Of a stretch of 64,000 nt of DNA, positions 47,624-58,898 are shown in pieces. Source of the stretch: an uncultured Acidimicrobiaceae bacterium (lineage in GTDB: Bacteria > Actinomycetota > Acidimicrobiia > Acidimicrobiales > RAAP-2). Numbering within the stretch: the first letter of the stretch is position 1; every line of letters starts with the position of its first letter. The stretch is taken from contig OY969919.1 of the NCBI GenBank assembly GCA_963704585.1, positions 2,617,621-2,681,620 of the forward strand, written 5' to 3'. The position numbers and the translations under genes are program-made. Below the pieces are notes generated by a model, which searched no databases, was not told the origin of the DNA, and saw nothing but the letters and a program-made list of their open reading frames with translations.

Positions 47624-49339
47624 ATGGCCAACGACCGATCGATCGATCCCGCGGAGGCGCCGCTCGAGGGGCGCAAGCCCCGGAGCTTCGAGGTCACCGA
47701 CGGCCCGACCCGGGCACCCGCACGGGCCATGCTGCGGGCGGTCGGGATGACCGACGGCGACTGGGACAAGCCGCAGATCGGGGTCGCGTCGTCGTGGAAC
47801 GAGGTCACCCCCTGCAACCTCCCGCTCGACCGCCTCGCCAAGCGGGCGAAGGAGGGCGTCCGCGAGGCCGGTGGGTACCCGCTCGAATTCGTCACCATCG
47901 CCGTCTCGGACGGGATCTCGATGGGTCACGAGGGCATGCGCGCCTCCCTCGTCAGCCGCGAGGTGATCGCGGACTCGATCGAGACGGTCATGCACGCGGA
48001 GCGGTTCGACGCGATGGTCACGCTCGCCGGCTGCGACAAGTCCCTGCCGGGCATGTTGATGGCGGCGGCACGGCTCAACCTGCCGTCCGTCTTCCTCTAC
48101 GGCGGGACGATCCTCCCCGGTCGGGTGCGGGACCGCGCGCTCGACATCACCTCGGTCTTCGAGGCGGTCGGTGCGCACGCGGTGGACGCGCTGACCGACG
48201 AGGAGCTCAGCCTCATCGAGCACAACGCGTGCCCGACCGAGGGTTCCTGCGCGGGGATGTTCACCGCCAACACGATGGCGTCGGTCGCGGAGGCGCTCGG
48301 CATGTCCCTGCCGGGGAGCTCCTCGGCACCGGCCGTCGACCGTCGGCGTGACGACGCGGCCTTCGCGAGCGGCGAGGCGGTCGTCGCGCTCCTCGAACGC
48401 GGCATCCGCCCACGGCAGATCCTGACCAAGGAGGCCTTCGAGAACGCGATCGCCGTCACCATGGCGCTCGGCGGTTCGACCAACGCGGTGCTCCATCTGC
48501 TCGCGATCGCCAACGAGGCGCGGGTCGAGCTCGCCCTCGAGGACTTCAACGACGTGGCCGCGCGCGTCCCGCACCTCGCCGACACCAAGCCCCACGGGAA
48601 GTACCACATGAGTGACCTCGACCGGATCGGCGGGGTCCCGGTCGTGATGGCCGAGCTGCTCGACGCAGGTCTCCTCCACGGTGACTGCCTGACCGTGTCG
48701 GGGAGGACCGTGTCCGAAAACCTCGCCGCACTCGAGCCGCCGGCACCCGACGGCGAGGTGGTGCACGCGATCGGCGATCCCATCCACGTCCAGGGCGGCA
48801 TCGCGATCCTCTCGGGGTCGCTCGCGCCGAACGGCGCGGTGGTCAAGGTCGCAGGCATCGACCAGCTGACCTTCGAGGGAACGGCGCGCGTCTTCGACGG
48901 CGAGGACGTGGCGATGGAGGCGATCCTCGCGGGGTCGATCGAGTCGGGCACCGTCGTGGTCATCCGGTACGAGGGACCCAAGGGCGGGCCGGGGATGCGC
49001 GAGATGCTCGCGGTCACCGGGGCGATGAAGGGCGTCGGGCGCGGTTCGGACTGCGCGCTCGTGACCGACGGCCGGTTCTCCGGCGGGACCCACGGGTTCT
49101 GCATCGGGCACGTCGCGCCGGAGGCCGTCGACGGCGGCCCGATCGCGCTGGTGGCCGACGGGGACCGCATCGCAGTCGACGTCGTCGCACACACCATCGA
49201 CCTCGTGGTCGAGCCGGACGAGCTCGACCTGCGCCGTGCGGCGCTCAAGCATCCGGCGCCGCGGTACACGACGGGCGTGCTCGCCAAGTACGCGCGGCTG
49301 GTGACCGGCGCCGAGCGGGGCGCGGTCACCGAGCCGTAG
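47624..49339 (+). CDS. ilvD: Dihydroxy-acid dehydratase
   Basis: [43 protein letters not shown]. Confidence 0.95.
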   Translation: MANDRSIDPAEAPLEGRKPRSFEVTDGPTRAPARAMLRAVGMTDGDWDKPQIGVASSWNEVTPCNLPLDRLAKRAKEGVREAGGYPLEFVTIAVSDGISMGHEGMRASLVSREVIADSIETVMHAERFDAMVTLAGCDKSLPGMLMAAARLNLPSVFLYGGTILPGRVRDRALDITSVFEAVGAHAVDALTDEELSLIEHNACPTEGSCAGMFTANTMASVAEALGMSLPGSSSAPAVDRRRDDAAFASGEAVVALLERGIRPRQILTKEAFENAIAVTMALGGSTNAVLHLLAIANEARVELALEDFNDVAARVPHLADTKPHGKYHMSDLDRIGGVPVVMAELLDAGLLHGDCLTVSGRTVSENLAALEPPAPDGEVVHAIGDPIHVQGGIAILSGSLAPNGAVVKVAGIDQLTFEGTARVFDGEDVAMEAILAGSIESGTVVVIRYEGPKGGPGMREMLAVTGAMKGVGRGSDCALVTDGRFSGGTHGFCIGHVAPEAVDGGPIALVADGDRIAVDVVAHTIDLVVEPDELDLRRAALKHPAPRYTTGVLAKYARLVTGAERGAVTEP

Positions 49340-49350
49340 CGGCGGGACCG

Positions 49351-49812
49351 GTGGCGAACTGGGGAGCGTTCGCGGCCGGCGATCCCGATCTGGCCGTGCT
49401 CGCGGCCGCTCGGATCGACCGCGACGGCCTGGTGCTGGTGGGCACCCTCCGGGCAAACGGATGGCCGCGGATCAGCCCGGTGGAACCGCTCATCGTGGGG
49501 GTCGAGCTCTACCTCGGGATGATGTGGCGCTCGCGGAAGGCCCTCGACCTGCTCCGCGACCCTCGTCTCGTCGTCCACTCGGCGACCAAGGACGCCTCGG
49601 GGGCCGAGGGGGACGTGAAGATCTACGGCCGCGCGGTCGAGGTGACGGGTGCCGACGAGCGGGAGGAGTACTGCCGGCGGCTCGAGGAGCGGATCGACTG
49701 GCGGCCAGAGGGCGACTTCCACCTCTTCGCGGTCGACATCACCGAGGTCGGCTACTTCGCGGTCGCAGGAGGCGGCCACGAGGTCCACACCTGGAGGGCC
49801 CCCGGAGGGTGA
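49351..49812 (+). CDS. Pyridoxamine 5'-phosphate oxidase family protein
   Basis: LVGTLRANGWPRISPVEP split-barrel pattern. GTG start. Confidence 0.65.
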   Translation: MANWGAFAAGDPDLAVLAAARIDRDGLVLVGTLRANGWPRISPVEPLIVGVELYLGMMWRSRKALDLLRDPRLVVHSATKDASGAEGDVKIYGRAVEVTGADEREEYCRRLEERIDWRPEGDFHLFAVDITEVGYFAVAGGGHEVHTWRAPGG

Positions 49813-49874
49813 TGGGGTCCCGACCGGGGAAACGCTTGCTGCTCGCGGCCGGGGCGTGTCACAATGGCGGGATC

Positions 49875-49922
49875 ATGGCTAGCGCACCGTCCCGCCGCAC
49901 CAACCTGGTACTCGTCTCGTAG
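49875..49922 (+). CDS. Candidate ilvB leader peptide [15 protein letters not shown]
   Basis: 15-codon ORF ending in Leu-Val-Leu-Val-Ser-stop. It lies 123 nt upstream of ilvB and is followed by a terminator hairpin. Confidence 0.5.
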   Translation: MASAPSRRTNLVLVS

Positions 49923-49956
49923 CGCACGCGACGCTTCCTCGCCGTGTGCGCGTTCC

Positions 49957-49983
49957 GACCTCCCAGACGGGAGGTCGTTTTCG
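49957..49983 (+). terminator. Attenuator terminator GACCTCCC-agac-GGGAGGTC followed by GTTTTCG
   Basis: Perfect 8-bp GC-rich stem with a 4-nt loop and a T-run, between the leader ORF and the ilvB RBS. An upstream alternative pairing GCGCAC/GTGCGC occurs at 49922-49950. Confidence 0.6.
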
Positions 49984-50044
49984 TGTCCCGCCACAATTCC
50001 GCCCACCGCAGCAACGACCGACCATCGCCGACAAGGAGCCCCCG

Positions 50045-51868
50045 ATGGAACTGACAGGAGCACAGGCGCTGATCAAGAGCCTGGAGATGGAGCAGGTGGA
50101 GGTCATGTTCGGCCTCCCGGGCGGCGCCATCCTCCCGGTGTACGACCCGATCATCGACTCGTCGATCCGCCACATCCTGGTCCGCCACGAGCAGGGCGCC
50201 GGACACATGGCCGAGGGCTACGCCCAGGTCACCGGGCGGCCCGGCGTCGCGATGGTCACGAGCGGTCCGGGGGCGACCAACATCGTGACCCCGCTCGCGG
50301 ACGCCCACATGGACTCGATCCCGCTGGTGGTGGTCAGTGGGCAGGTGCCGACGACCGCCATCGGCACCGACGCGTTCCAGGAGAGCGACATCACCGGCAT
50401 CACGATGGGGATCACCAAGCACAACTGGCTGATCACCGACGTGCGCGACATCCCCCGGGTCGTCGCCGAGGCGTTCCACGTCGCGACGACCGGCCGGCCC
50501 GGACCCGTCCTCATCGACATCCCGAAGGACGTCGCCAACCAGACGATGGAGTGGTACTGGCCCGACGCGGGCGATCTCGACCTTCCCGGGTACCGGCCGG
50601 TCACCGAGGGCGATCCCGCATCGGTCCGCCGGGCGGCGGAGCTCGTGCTCGACGCCGAGCGGCCGGTCATCTACGCCGGCGGCGGCATCCTCAAGGCGCG
50701 GGCGGCGGCGGGTCTCCGCGAGCTCGCCGAGCGCACCGGAATCCCGGTCGTCACCACCCTCATGGCACGGGGCTGCTTCCCCGACTCCCACCCCCTGTGC
50801 CTCGGCATGCCGGGGATGCACGGCAACTACACGGCGGTCACCTCGATGCAGAAGGCCGACTTGCTCGTCGCCCTCGGGAGCCGGTTCGACGATCGGGTCA
50901 CCGGGCGGGTCGACGCGTTCGCGCCGGAGGCCAAGATCGTCCACGTCGACATCGACCCCGCCGAGCTCAACAAGGTCCGCCGCGCGGACGTCGCGATCGC
51001 CGGGGACTGCCGCGAGGTCATCGACGAGCTGCTCGCCGCGCTCGACTCGCTCGGTCTGCCGCACTCGGACGCCACCCGGGGCGGTTCGGGCGGCGCCCCG
51101 GTCGATGCGGTGTCCGGCGCTGCGGCGGTCGCCGGGTCGTACGCCGCATCGCGTCCGCGTGAGCGGCTCGCGCCCTGGCGGGCGCAGCTCAGCGCATGGC
51201 AGCAGCGGTACCCGCTCGTCTACGACCAACAGCCCGGGACGGGGTCGCTCAAGCCGCAGTTCGTGCTCGAGATCCTGCGCGACGCGACCCCCGAGGACAC
51301 CATCGTCGCCTCGGGTGTCGGCCAGCACCAGATGTTCGCCTCCCAGTGGTGGCAGTTCGACCATCCCTACACCTGGGTCAACTCGGGCGGTCTCGGGACG
51401 ATGGGCTTCGCGGTGCCCGCGGCAATCGGGGCGAAGGTCGGGCGGCCGGGGAGGATGGTCTGGGCGGTCGACGGCGACGGCTGCTTCCAGATGACCGCGC
51501 AGGAGCTCGTCACCGCGAGCTCGGAGCGGATCCCGGTCAAGGTGGCCATCCTCAACAACGCCTACCTGGGCATGGTCCGGCAGTGGCAGGAGATGTTCTA
51601 CGGGGAACGGTACTCGGAGGTCTACCTCTCTCCGGACCTGCCGGACTACGTCGGCTGGGCCGAGTCGATGGGCTGCGTCGGCATCCGCGTCGAGTCCACC
51701 GAGGAGGTGGCCCCCGCCATCGACAAGGCGAACGACATCGACGACCGACCGGTGGTCATCGACTTCCGGACCGACGCGTTCGAAAAGGTCTTCCCGATGG
51801 TCGCCGCCGGATCGTCCAACGACGACATCGTCGTCGATCCCTCGCAGGCAGGGGGGCCGGACCAATGA
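50045..51868 (+). CDS. ilvB: Acetolactate synthase large subunit
   Basis: [42 protein letters not shown], and the ThDP motif GDGCFQM…NN. Confidence 0.95.
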   Translation: MELTGAQALIKSLEMEQVEVMFGLPGGAILPVYDPIIDSSIRHILVRHEQGAGHMAEGYAQVTGRPGVAMVTSGPGATNIVTPLADAHMDSIPLVVVSGQVPTTAIGTDAFQESDITGITMGITKHNWLITDVRDIPRVVAEAFHVATTGRPGPVLIDIPKDVANQTMEWYWPDAGDLDLPGYRPVTEGDPASVRRAAELVLDAERPVIYAGGGILKARAAAGLRELAERTGIPVVTTLMARGCFPDSHPLCLGMPGMHGNYTAVTSMQKADLLVALGSRFDDRVTGRVDAFAPEAKIVHVDIDPAELNKVRRADVAIAGDCREVIDELLAALDSLGLPHSDATRGGSGGAPVDAVSGAAAVAGSYAASRPRERLAPWRAQLSAWQQRYPLVYDQQPGTGSLKPQFVLEILRDATPEDTIVASGVGQHQMFASQWWQFDHPYTWVNSGGLGTMGFAVPAAIGAKVGRPGRMVWAVDGDGCFQMTAQELVTASSERIPVKVAILNNAYLGMVRQWQEMFYGERYSEVYLSPDLPDYVGWAESMGCVGIRVESTEEVAPAIDKANDIDDRPVVIDFRTDAFEKVFPMVAAGSSNDDIVVDPSQAGGPDQ

Positions 51869-52422
51869 GCGTCTACGGCACCGACCGTCGGCACCACACC
51901 TTGACCGTGCTGGTGGAGAACAAGTCGGGCGTCCTCGCACGGGTCGCCGGCCTCTTCTCGCGGCGCGGGTTCAACATCTTCAGCCTCGCCGTCGCGCCGT
52001 CCGACAACGAGCGCCTCAGCCGGATCACCATCGTCGTCGACGTGGAGTCCTCCCCGCTCGAGCAGATCATCAAGCAGCTCGACAAGTTGGTGCCGGTGGT
52101 CTCGATCACCGAGCTCGATCCGGCGCACTCGCGCGAGCGGGAGCTCCTCCTCGCGACCGTCGAGGCGGGTCCCGAGACTCGAGGTCAGGTGATCCAGCTG
52201 GTCGGCGTCTTCGAGGGGAAGATCGTCGACGTCGGGCTCGACCGGCTCACCGTGATGCTGGCCGGTGCGCCGAGCAAGCTGGACGATTTCGAAGAGCTGA
52301 TCCGGGGCTACGGCATCGTCGAGATGCAGCGGACCGGTCGCGTCGCGCTGCCTATGCTGGACCGGGCCGATCGCGACCGAGGACACCTCGAGGTCGCCCA
52401 CGACACGCAGAAGGCAGGTTGA
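51865..52422 (+). CDS. ilvN: Acetolactate synthase small subunit
   Basis: ATGA overlap with ilvB. ACT domain [28 protein letters not shown]. Confidence 0.93.
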   Translation: MSVYGTDRRHHTLTVLVENKSGVLARVAGLFSRRGFNIFSLAVAPSDNERLSRITIVVDVESSPLEQIIKQLDKLVPVVSITELDPAHSRERELLLATVEAGPETRGQVIQLVGVFEGKIVDVGLDRLTVMLAGAPSKLDDFEELIRGYGIVEMQRTGRVALPMLDRADRDRGHLEVAHDTQKAG

Positions 52423-52427
52423 ACACG

Positions 52428-53453
52428 ATGGCCACGCTCTACTACGAGAAGGATGCCGACCCGGGCGTCATCGCCGACCGCAAGGTGGCGATCATCGGCT
52501 ACGGCTCCCAGGGCCACGCCCACGCGCTCAACCTCGCCGAGTCGGGGGTCGATGTGCGGGTCGGCCTCCGGCCGGGGTCGTCCTCGAGGCAGAAGGCCGA
52601 GGAAGCCGGGCTGCGGGTCACCTCGGTTGCCGACGCGGCGGCCGAAGCGGACCTTGTCATGATCCTCCTTCCCGACACCGAACAGGCCGCGGTCTACGAC
52701 GCCGAGATCGCGCCGAACCTCCGAGCCGGAGACGCACTCTTCTTCGCGCACGGCTTCAACATCCGCTTCGGGCTGATCTCCCCGCCTGCCGACGTCGACG
52801 TGGCGATGGTCGCGCCGAAAGGACCCGGCCACCTGGTGCGCCGGACGTACACGGAGGGCGGCGGCGTGCCGTCCCTCATCGCGGTCGCGGCCGACCCGTC
52901 GGGCAAGGCCCGTGCCCTCGCGCTCGCCTATGCGCACGCCATCGGGGCCACCCGGGCCGGCGTGCTCGACACCACGTTCGCCGAGGAGACCGAGACCGAC
53001 CTCTTCGGGGAGCAGGTCGTGCTCTGCGGCGGGCTCACCGCGCTCGTGCAGGCGGGGTACGAGACACTGGTCGGCGCGGGCTATCAGCCCGAGTCCGCCT
53101 ACTTCGAGTGCCTCCACGAGCTCAAGCTCATCGTCGACCTCATGTACGAGCAGGGGATCAGCGGGATGCGCTTCTCCATCTCCGACACCGCCGAGTACGG
53201 CGATCTCACCCGCGGGCCGCGGGTGATCAACCAGGCCGTGCGCGACGAGATGGGCCGCATCCTCGGGGAGATCCAGGACGGGAGCTTCGCGAAGGAGTGG
53301 GTGGCGGAGAACGCCGAGGGCCGCCCCAACTTCACCGCCCTCCGCCAGCAGGGACTCGACCACCCGATCGAGAAGGTCGGCGAGGAGCTCCGGGCGATGA
53401 TGCCCTTCGTGAGCGCCGGTCGGCAGAAGATCCAGGACGTGAGCGGCGGCTGA
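52428..53453 (+). CDS. ilvC: Ketol-acid reductoisomerase
   Basis: [36 protein letters not shown] 52419 is an alternative start. Confidence 0.95.
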   Translation: MATLYYEKDADPGVIADRKVAIIGYGSQGHAHALNLAESGVDVRVGLRPGSSSRQKAEEAGLRVTSVADAAAEADLVMILLPDTEQAAVYDAEIAPNLRAGDALFFAHGFNIRFGLISPPADVDVAMVAPKGPGHLVRRTYTEGGGVPSLIAVAADPSGKARALALAYAHAIGATRAGVLDTTFAEETETDLFGEQVVLCGGLTALVQAGYETLVGAGYQPESAYFECLHELKLIVDLMYEQGISGMRFSISDTAEYGDLTRGPRVINQAVRDEMGRILGEIQDGSFAKEWVAENAEGRPNFTALRQQGLDHPIEKVGEELRAMMPFVSAGRQKIQDVSGG

Positions 53454-53520
53454 GCCGGACGTCGTGACGACCGGGCGACGAGTCGCGCCACGATGAGGAC
53501 CGCGCCGTGAGGACGGCACC

Positions 53521-54036
53521 GTGAAGGTCGAGGGCCTCGCTCCGACGTTCCGGCACCTCGACGATCCGGACCTACCGTGGCAGCGGGTGAAGTCGATCCG
53601 CACCGCGGACGGCGTGACCGCGTCGGTGTGGGAGAAGTGGCTCGCGTTCTCACCCGAGCCGCAGTACCTCTCGCTCTACGCGCGGTGGGATCCGGGCATG
53701 GTGGTGCGGCGGCACGGCCACTACAGCCCGCACGTGGTCTTCGTGGTCTCGGGCGAGCTCTCGTGCGACGGGCGCCACTGCCCGGCCGGCACCCACATCG
53801 AGCTCCCGCTCGGCGCCGCGTTCGGTCCCTTCGTCGCGGGCCCGGAGGGGGTCGTGCTCTACGAGGTCATGATGGGCGACCCACGCTCGTGGGGCGATGA
53901 CGCCGCGGCGTTCGAGGCCGCGCTCACGTCGCGTGGCGCAACGGCGCTGCCCGATCCAGAGATCGAGCTGCCGGCGTGGCTCGCCGATCTGCGGTCGCGC
54001 TGGGTCGTCGACGGCGAAGAGGTCGACGCACCCTGA
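53521..54036 (+). CDS. Cupin-domain protein (hypothetical)
   Basis: RRHGHYSPHVVFVVSGEL…AGTHIELP resembles a cupin two-motif core. GTG start. Confidence 0.5.
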   Translation: MKVEGLAPTFRHLDDPDLPWQRVKSIRTADGVTASVWEKWLAFSPEPQYLSLYARWDPGMVVRRHGHYSPHVVFVVSGELSCDGRHCPAGTHIELPLGAAFGPFVAGPEGVVLYEVMMGDPRSWGDDAAAFEAALTSRGATALPDPEIELPAWLADLRSRWVVDGEEVDAP

Positions 54037-54099
54037 CCGGCCCTGGCGCCGGCCCCGGCCGCGCCGATTCGGTGGCGGCGACGATGGACCCCCGCGGGA

Positions 54100-55254
54100 T
54101 CAGGAGAGGGCGCCCACCACGTAGTTGATGCAGGCGCAGAGCGCGGCGACGTCTTCGGGATCGATCGCCGGGAACATCGCGATGCGCAGCTGGTTCCTGC
54201 CGAGCTTGCGGTACGGCTCGGTGTCGACGACGCCGTTGGCCCGGAGCACCGCGGCCACCGCCGCCGCGTCGATCGAATCGACGAGGTCGACGGTCGCGAC
54301 CACCCGGCTCCGGTCCTCGGGGTTGACGACGAACGGCGTGGCGAAGTCCGAGGCCTCGGCCCAGGTGTAGAGCACCTCGGCGGAGCGGTCGCACCGGCCG
54401 GCAGAGAACTCGAGCCCTCCCTGCTTGTTGAACCAGGTGACCTGGTGGTCGAAGAGGAAGATCGTGGCGAGCGCCGGCGTGTTGTAGGTCTGGTCGAGCT
54501 TCGAGTTGTCGAGGGCGATGGCGAGGTCCATCGACGCCGGCACCCACCGCCCGGTCCCCGCGATGCGGGCGATGCGCTCCTGCGCAGCGGGGGAGAGCAG
54601 CGCGACCCAGAGCCCGCCGTCCGAGCCGAAGCACTTCTGGGGTGCGAAGTAGTAGGCGTCGAACGCGGCCGGGTCGACCCGGAGGCCGCCCGCACCGGAG
54701 GTCGCGTCGACGGCCACGAGGCCCCCGCCGTCGGCGGCCGCGGCCGCGCCCTTCGGCCTCGCGATGGGCATCATCACGCCGGTCGAGGTCTCGTTGTGGG
54801 TGAGGGCGTAGACGTCGACGTCGTCGCGGGCGACCGGCAGCGGGTGTGTCCCGACGTCGGAGGTCACGACCTCGGGATCGTCGATGTGGGGCGCGGCCGC
54901 CGCCGCCGCCGCGAACTTGGAGGAGAACTCGCCGAAGGAGAGGTGCTGGCTCTTTCGTTCGATGAGGCCGAAGGTGGCCGCGTCCCAGAAGCAGGTCGTC
55001 CCGCCGTTGCCGAGTGCGACCTCGTAGCCGTCGGGGAGCGAGAACAGCTCACGCAGGCCCTCGCGGAGGCTGCCGACGACCGACTTGACCGTCCGCTGGC
55101 GGTGGCTCGTCCCGAGGTAGGTGCCGGACGCGGCGGCGAGCGCCTCGACCGCCTCGGGGCGCACCTTCGACGGGCCCGACCCGAACCGCCCGTCAGCAGG
55201 GAGGAGGTTCGCCGGGATCTCGATGTCAGGGGTGTCGGTCACATATGGAATCAT
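54100..55254 (-). CDS. serC: Phosphoserine aminotransferase (actinobacterial type)
   Basis: DGRFGSGPSKVR, HNETSTGV, YYFAPQKCFGSDGGLW (the PLP lysine is in the QK segment). Confidence 0.9.
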   Translation of the reverse strand: MIPYVTDTPDIEIPANLLPADGRFGSGPSKVRPEAVEALAAASGTYLGTSHRQRTVKSVVGSLREGLRELFSLPDGYEVALGNGGTTCFWDAATFGLIERKSQHLSFGEFSSKFAAAAAAAPHIDDPEVVTSDVGTHPLPVARDDVDVYALTHNETSTGVMMPIARPKGAAAAADGGGLVAVDATSGAGGLRVDPAAFDAYYFAPQKCFGSDGGLWVALLSPAAQERIARIAGTGRWVPASMDLAIALDNSKLDQTYNTPALATIFLFDHQVTWFNKQGGLEFSAGRCDRSAEVLYTWAEASDFATPFVVNPEDRSRVVATVDLVDSIDAAAVAAVLRANGVVDTEPYRKLGRNQLRIAMFPAIDPEDVAALCACINYVVGALS

Positions 55255-55319
55255 GACACCATGGCCCGCGCGACTGAAACCGGCACCACCGGATCCGGGC
55301 TGCGTCGCGCGCTTCGGCG

Positions 55320-56525
55320 ATGAGCGCGGCCCGGATCTCCGCCCGCGTCGCGGCGGTCTCCCCGTCGGCGACGCTGGCGGTCGACGCCAAGGCCAAGGCG
55401 ATGCAGGCCCAGGGTGAGAGCGTGATCGGCTTCGGCGCCGGCGAGCCCGACTTCCCGACGCCGGCGCACATCGTGGCCGCAGCCGTCGAGGCGTGCCGCG
55501 ACCCGCGCAACCACAAGTACACGCCGACCGGCGGCCTGCCCGAGCTGCGCGAGGCGCTCGCGGCGAAGACCAGGCGCGACTCCGGGCTCGAGGTCGCGGC
55601 CTCGCAGGTGCTGGTCACCAACGGCGGGAAGCAGGCGATCGCCAACGCCTTCGCCGTGCTCTGCGACCCCGGCGACGAGGTGATCGTGCCCGCGCCCTAC
55701 TGGACGACGTACCCCGAGGCGATCTCGCTTGCGGGCGGTGTGCCGGTCGCTGTCGGGACCGGCGTCTCGAGCGGCTTCCGGGTCAGCGTGGATCAGCTCG
55801 AGGCCGCCCGCACCCCACGCACCAAGGTGCTGCTCTTCGTCTCCCCGTCGAACCCGACCGGCGCCGTCTATCCGCGCGGTGAGATCGAGGCCATCGGGCG
55901 GTGGGCCGACGCCAACGGCCTGTGGATCGTGACCGACGAGATCTACGAGCACCTCGTCTACGACGGCGCCACGCAGCATTCGATGCCGGTCGTCGTGCCC
56001 GAGCTCGTCGACCGGTGCATCGTCGTGAACGGGGTGGCGAAGACCTACGCGATGACCGGCTGGCGGGTCGGGTGGATGCTCGGCCCACCCGACGCGATCG
56101 CCGCCGCGACGAACCTGCAGTCGCACACCACGTCGAACGTCGCGAACGTGAGCCAGCGCGCCGCGCTCGCCGCGGTCTCCGGTGACCTCGAGGCGGTCGC
56201 CGAGATGCGCCGCGCCTTCGACCGGCGCCGTCGTGCGATCCACGCGGGGCTCAATGAGATCGACGGCGTGACCTGTCTCCTCCCGGAGGGAGCGTTCTAC
56301 GTGTTCCCCTCGGTCGAGGATCTGCTCGGCCGCGAGCTCCGCGGGAGGCGTCCGGCGACGTCGGCCGAGCTCGCGGAGGTCGCCATCGAGGAGGCGGGGG
56401 TCGCGGTCGTCCCGGGCGAGGCCTTCGGCGCTCCGGGGTACTTCCGGCTCTCGTACGCGCTGGGTGACGACGATCTCGCCGAAGGGGTCTCGCGCCTCGC
56501 CAAGCTGTTCGGCGAGGCGTCCTGA
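55320..56525 (+). CDS. Pyridoxal-phosphate-dependent aminotransferase, class I (aspartate aminotransferase-like)
   Basis: [36 protein letters not shown] (PLP lysine), FRLSYA. Confidence 0.9.
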   Translation: MSAARISARVAAVSPSATLAVDAKAKAMQAQGESVIGFGAGEPDFPTPAHIVAAAVEACRDPRNHKYTPTGGLPELREALAAKTRRDSGLEVAASQVLVTNGGKQAIANAFAVLCDPGDEVIVPAPYWTTYPEAISLAGGVPVAVGTGVSSGFRVSVDQLEAARTPRTKVLLFVSPSNPTGAVYPRGEIEAIGRWADANGLWIVTDEIYEHLVYDGATQHSMPVVVPELVDRCIVVNGVAKTYAMTGWRVGWMLGPPDAIAAATNLQSHTTSNVANVSQRAALAAVSGDLEAVAEMRRAFDRRRRAIHAGLNEIDGVTCLLPEGAFYVFPSVEDLLGRELRGRRPATSAELAEVAIEEAGVAVVPGEAFGAPGYFRLSYALGDDDLAEGVSRLAKLFGEAS

Positions 56526-56588
56526 ACGCATTTCGGGTGCGGCTCGGCGCGCGGACGCGCGTCTCGATCGACGAGGGAGAGGAAGACC

Positions 56589-58154
56589 ATGGCGAGGGTG
56601 CTCGTTACTGAGCAGTTGGCCCAGCGGGGACTCGACCTGCTGCGCGAGGCCGGCCACGAGGTGGACGAGTCGCTCGGGCTCGGCCCGGACGAGCTCGTCG
56701 CCGCGGTCGCCGGAGCACAGGCACTGATCGTCCGCTCCGCGACGACGGTCACCGCAGACGTGCTCGCTGCGGGCAGCGACCTCGTCGTCGTCGGGCGCGC
56801 CGGGATCGGCCTCGACAACGTGGACGTTCCCGCGGCGACCGCCCGCGGCGTGATGGTGGTGAACGCGCCGCAGTCGAACATCCTCTCCGCCGCCGAACAG
56901 GCGATGGCGCTGCTGCTCGCCCAGGCCCGCAACATCCCCCAGGCTCACGCCGCGCTGGTCGCGGGAAAGTGGGAGCGGTCCAAGTGGGAAGGTGTCGAGC
57001 TCTACGGCAAGACCCTCGGCGTCATCGGCCTCGGCCGGGTGGGGGCCCTCGTCGCCCAGCGGGCCTTGGCGTTCGGCATGCGACTCGTCGCGTACGACCC
57101 GTTCATCTCGGCGGACCGCGCGAAGCAGATGGGCGTGGAGCTGGTCGACCTCGGCGAGCTCGTCGAGGTGTCCGACTTCGTGACGGTCCACCTCCCGAAG
57201 ACACCCGACACGATGGGTCTGATCGGCAAGGACCTGCTCGCGCGGGCGAAGCCGGGCCTTCGCATCGTCAACACCGCCCGCGGCGGAATCGTCGACGAGG
57301 AGGCGCTCGCCGAGGCGATCCGTTCCGGCCGGGTGCAAGGTGCCGGGCTCGACGTCTTCGCAAAGGAGCCGACCACCGAGTCCCCACTCTTCGAGCTCCC
57401 CTCGGTGGTGGTCGCACCGCACCTCGGCGCATCCACGACCGAGGCACAGGACAAGGCCGGGGTCACCATCGCCGAGCAGGTGATCCTGGCGCTCAACGGC
57501 GACTTCGTGCCCTTCGCGGTCAACGTCGACGCGGCCGACGTGTCCGAGACCGTCCGGCCCTTCATGGGCCTCGCCGAGCAGCTCGGGCGGATCCTCGCGT
57601 GCCAGAACGACGGGCTGCCCGGCACGCTCGAGGTCGAGTACCAGGGGGGCCTCGCCGGTGCAGGGACCGACATCCTGACCCTCTCGCTCCTCAAGGGGGT
57701 CTTCGCCGCGGTCACCGAGGACCCGGTCTCCTACGTCAACGCCCGGCAGGTCGCGGCCGAGCGCGGCCTCGAGGTCCGCGAGATCTCGACGGTCACGGCC
57801 CACGACTACGTGAACCTGATCACCGTCCGCGGCGGCGGGCACTCGGCTGCCGGCACGCTGACGGGACCACGCAGTGAGGCCCACATCGTGATGATGGACG
57901 ACCACACGGTCGAGGTGCCGCCCGCGCCGCACATGCTGGTCGTGCGCAACGACGACCGCCCCGGCGTGATCGGCGTCGTCGGCACGGTCCTCGGCGAGGC
58001 GCTGGTGTCGATCTCGTCGATGGCCGTCGGTCCCTCGGCGACCGGTCAGACCGCGCTGATGGTGCTCTCCACCGACAAGAAGGTGCCCGACGACGCGTTG
58101 GCCCGGCTCCGGCAGGACTCGGGCATCAGTGATGTCCACACGCTCGAGCTCTGA
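56589..58154 (+). CDS. serA: D-3-phosphoglycerate dehydrogenase (long form with ASB and ACT domains)
   Basis: GRAGIGLDNVD, GVIGLGRVGALVA, APHLGAST, and a C-terminal ACT domain (NDDRPGVIGVVGTVLGE). Confidence 0.93.
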   Translation: MARVLVTEQLAQRGLDLLREAGHEVDESLGLGPDELVAAVAGAQALIVRSATTVTADVLAAGSDLVVVGRAGIGLDNVDVPAATARGVMVVNAPQSNILSAAEQAMALLLAQARNIPQAHAALVAGKWERSKWEGVELYGKTLGVIGLGRVGALVAQRALAFGMRLVAYDPFISADRAKQMGVELVDLGELVEVSDFVTVHLPKTPDTMGLIGKDLLARAKPGLRIVNTARGGIVDEEALAEAIRSGRVQGAGLDVFAKEPTTESPLFELPSVVVAPHLGASTTEAQDKAGVTIAEQVILALNGDFVPFAVNVDAADVSETVRPFMGLAEQLGRILACQNDGLPGTLEVEYQGGLAGAGTDILTLSLLKGVFAAVTEDPVSYVNARQVAAERGLEVREISTVTAHDYVNLITVRGGGHSAAGTLTGPRSEAHIVMMDDHTVEVPPAPHMLVVRNDDRPGVIGVVGTVLGEALVSISSMAVGPSATGQTALMVLSTDKKVPDDALARLRQDSGISDVHTLEL

Positions 58155-58164
58155 GGCGAGTTCG

Positions 58165-58519
58165 TTGCACGACTCACAGCGCGCTCCGGGTCCCCCGCTC
58201 GCGCCGGGGCAGGTGGTGACCGTCTTCCGCTCGCGGCGCCGCCCGGGGGCGGAAGCGGACTACGCGGTCGTGGCCGACGAGATGCTGCGCGCGGCGCGTG
58301 CGATGCCCGGTTTCGTCGACTTCAAGATCTTCACGGCGGACGACGGCGAGCACCTCTCGGTCATCACGTTCGAGACAGCTGAGGCGCAGCGTGCCTGGCG
58401 CGACGACCCGCGGCACCGACAGGCGCAACAGCGTGGGCGCGCTGGCCTTCTACGAGGAGTACACGATCCAGGTCGCCGAGTGCACGCACGTCGCGAGGTG
58501 GGAGCGTGGCGAGGACTGA
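58165..58519 (+). pseudogene. Antibiotic-biosynthesis-monooxygenase (ABM) domain protein, +1 frameshifted
   Basis: [17 protein letters not shown]…PGFVDFKIFTADDGEHLSVITFETAEAQRAWRDDPRHRQAQQRGR is in the ORF 58129 frame. The natural continuation LAFYEEYTIQVAECTHVARWE is in the ORF 58298 frame. The switch is near 58436-58444. Start uncertain (GTG 58129, ATG 58132 or TTG 58165). Confidence 0.6.
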
Positions 58520-58578
58520 CCACTCGCGAGGAACGCTCTGACGTCCATCTCGCGAGGAGCGCTGGGACGTCCCGGCGG

Positions 58579-58764
58579 TCAGCCGGCTCGGTGCGGATTG
58601 GTGGGCACCGGTGGCCAGAGGTCGTTCGTGACCCCAGACTCCGTCGCCGGGCCGTCGCGCGTGATCAGCCGGTAGCCGATGGCGACGGCGAGTACACCGG
58701 CCACCGCCGCCGTGAACACGATCGCCAGGCGCCGCGTCCACGTGAAGATGTCCTTCAGCACCAC
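58579..58764 (-). CDS. Small single-pass membrane protein (hypothetical)
   Basis: 61 aa with one hydrophobic helix (LAIVFTAAVAGVLAVAIGY). Acceptable GC3. No recognised family. Confidence 0.35.
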   Translation of the reverse strand: MVLKDIFTWTRRLAIVFTAAVAGVLAVAIGYRLITRDGPATESGVTNDLWPPVPTNPHRAG

Positions 58765-58898
58765 CTCACCTTATGGCGCGTCCAGCGTTCGGCAAGTGAA
58801 GTGGTGGTCAGGGCGGGGTGGCCGATCTGTGATCCGTCGAGGTCACTGGTGCGTCGGAATCGCGGTGTCGCGACCAGCCCTCCGGAGCGTGCGTCCTC

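Noticed and set aside
46121-49456. Very long ORFs antisense to or out of frame with recognised genes. Examples: 46121..49456 (-, 1111 aa), 55251..58139 (-, 962 aa), 17931..20186 (-), 17912..20104 (+), 9390..12239 (+), and the N-terminal extensions of 910..2904, 11784..14669, 13424..16252, 20366..22387 and 31691..34237.
   Set aside because: Their translations are Arg/Pro/Gly/Ala-rich low-complexity strings. They overlap genes with unmistakable family motifs. They are the expected stop-codon-poor shadow frames of 70% GC DNA.
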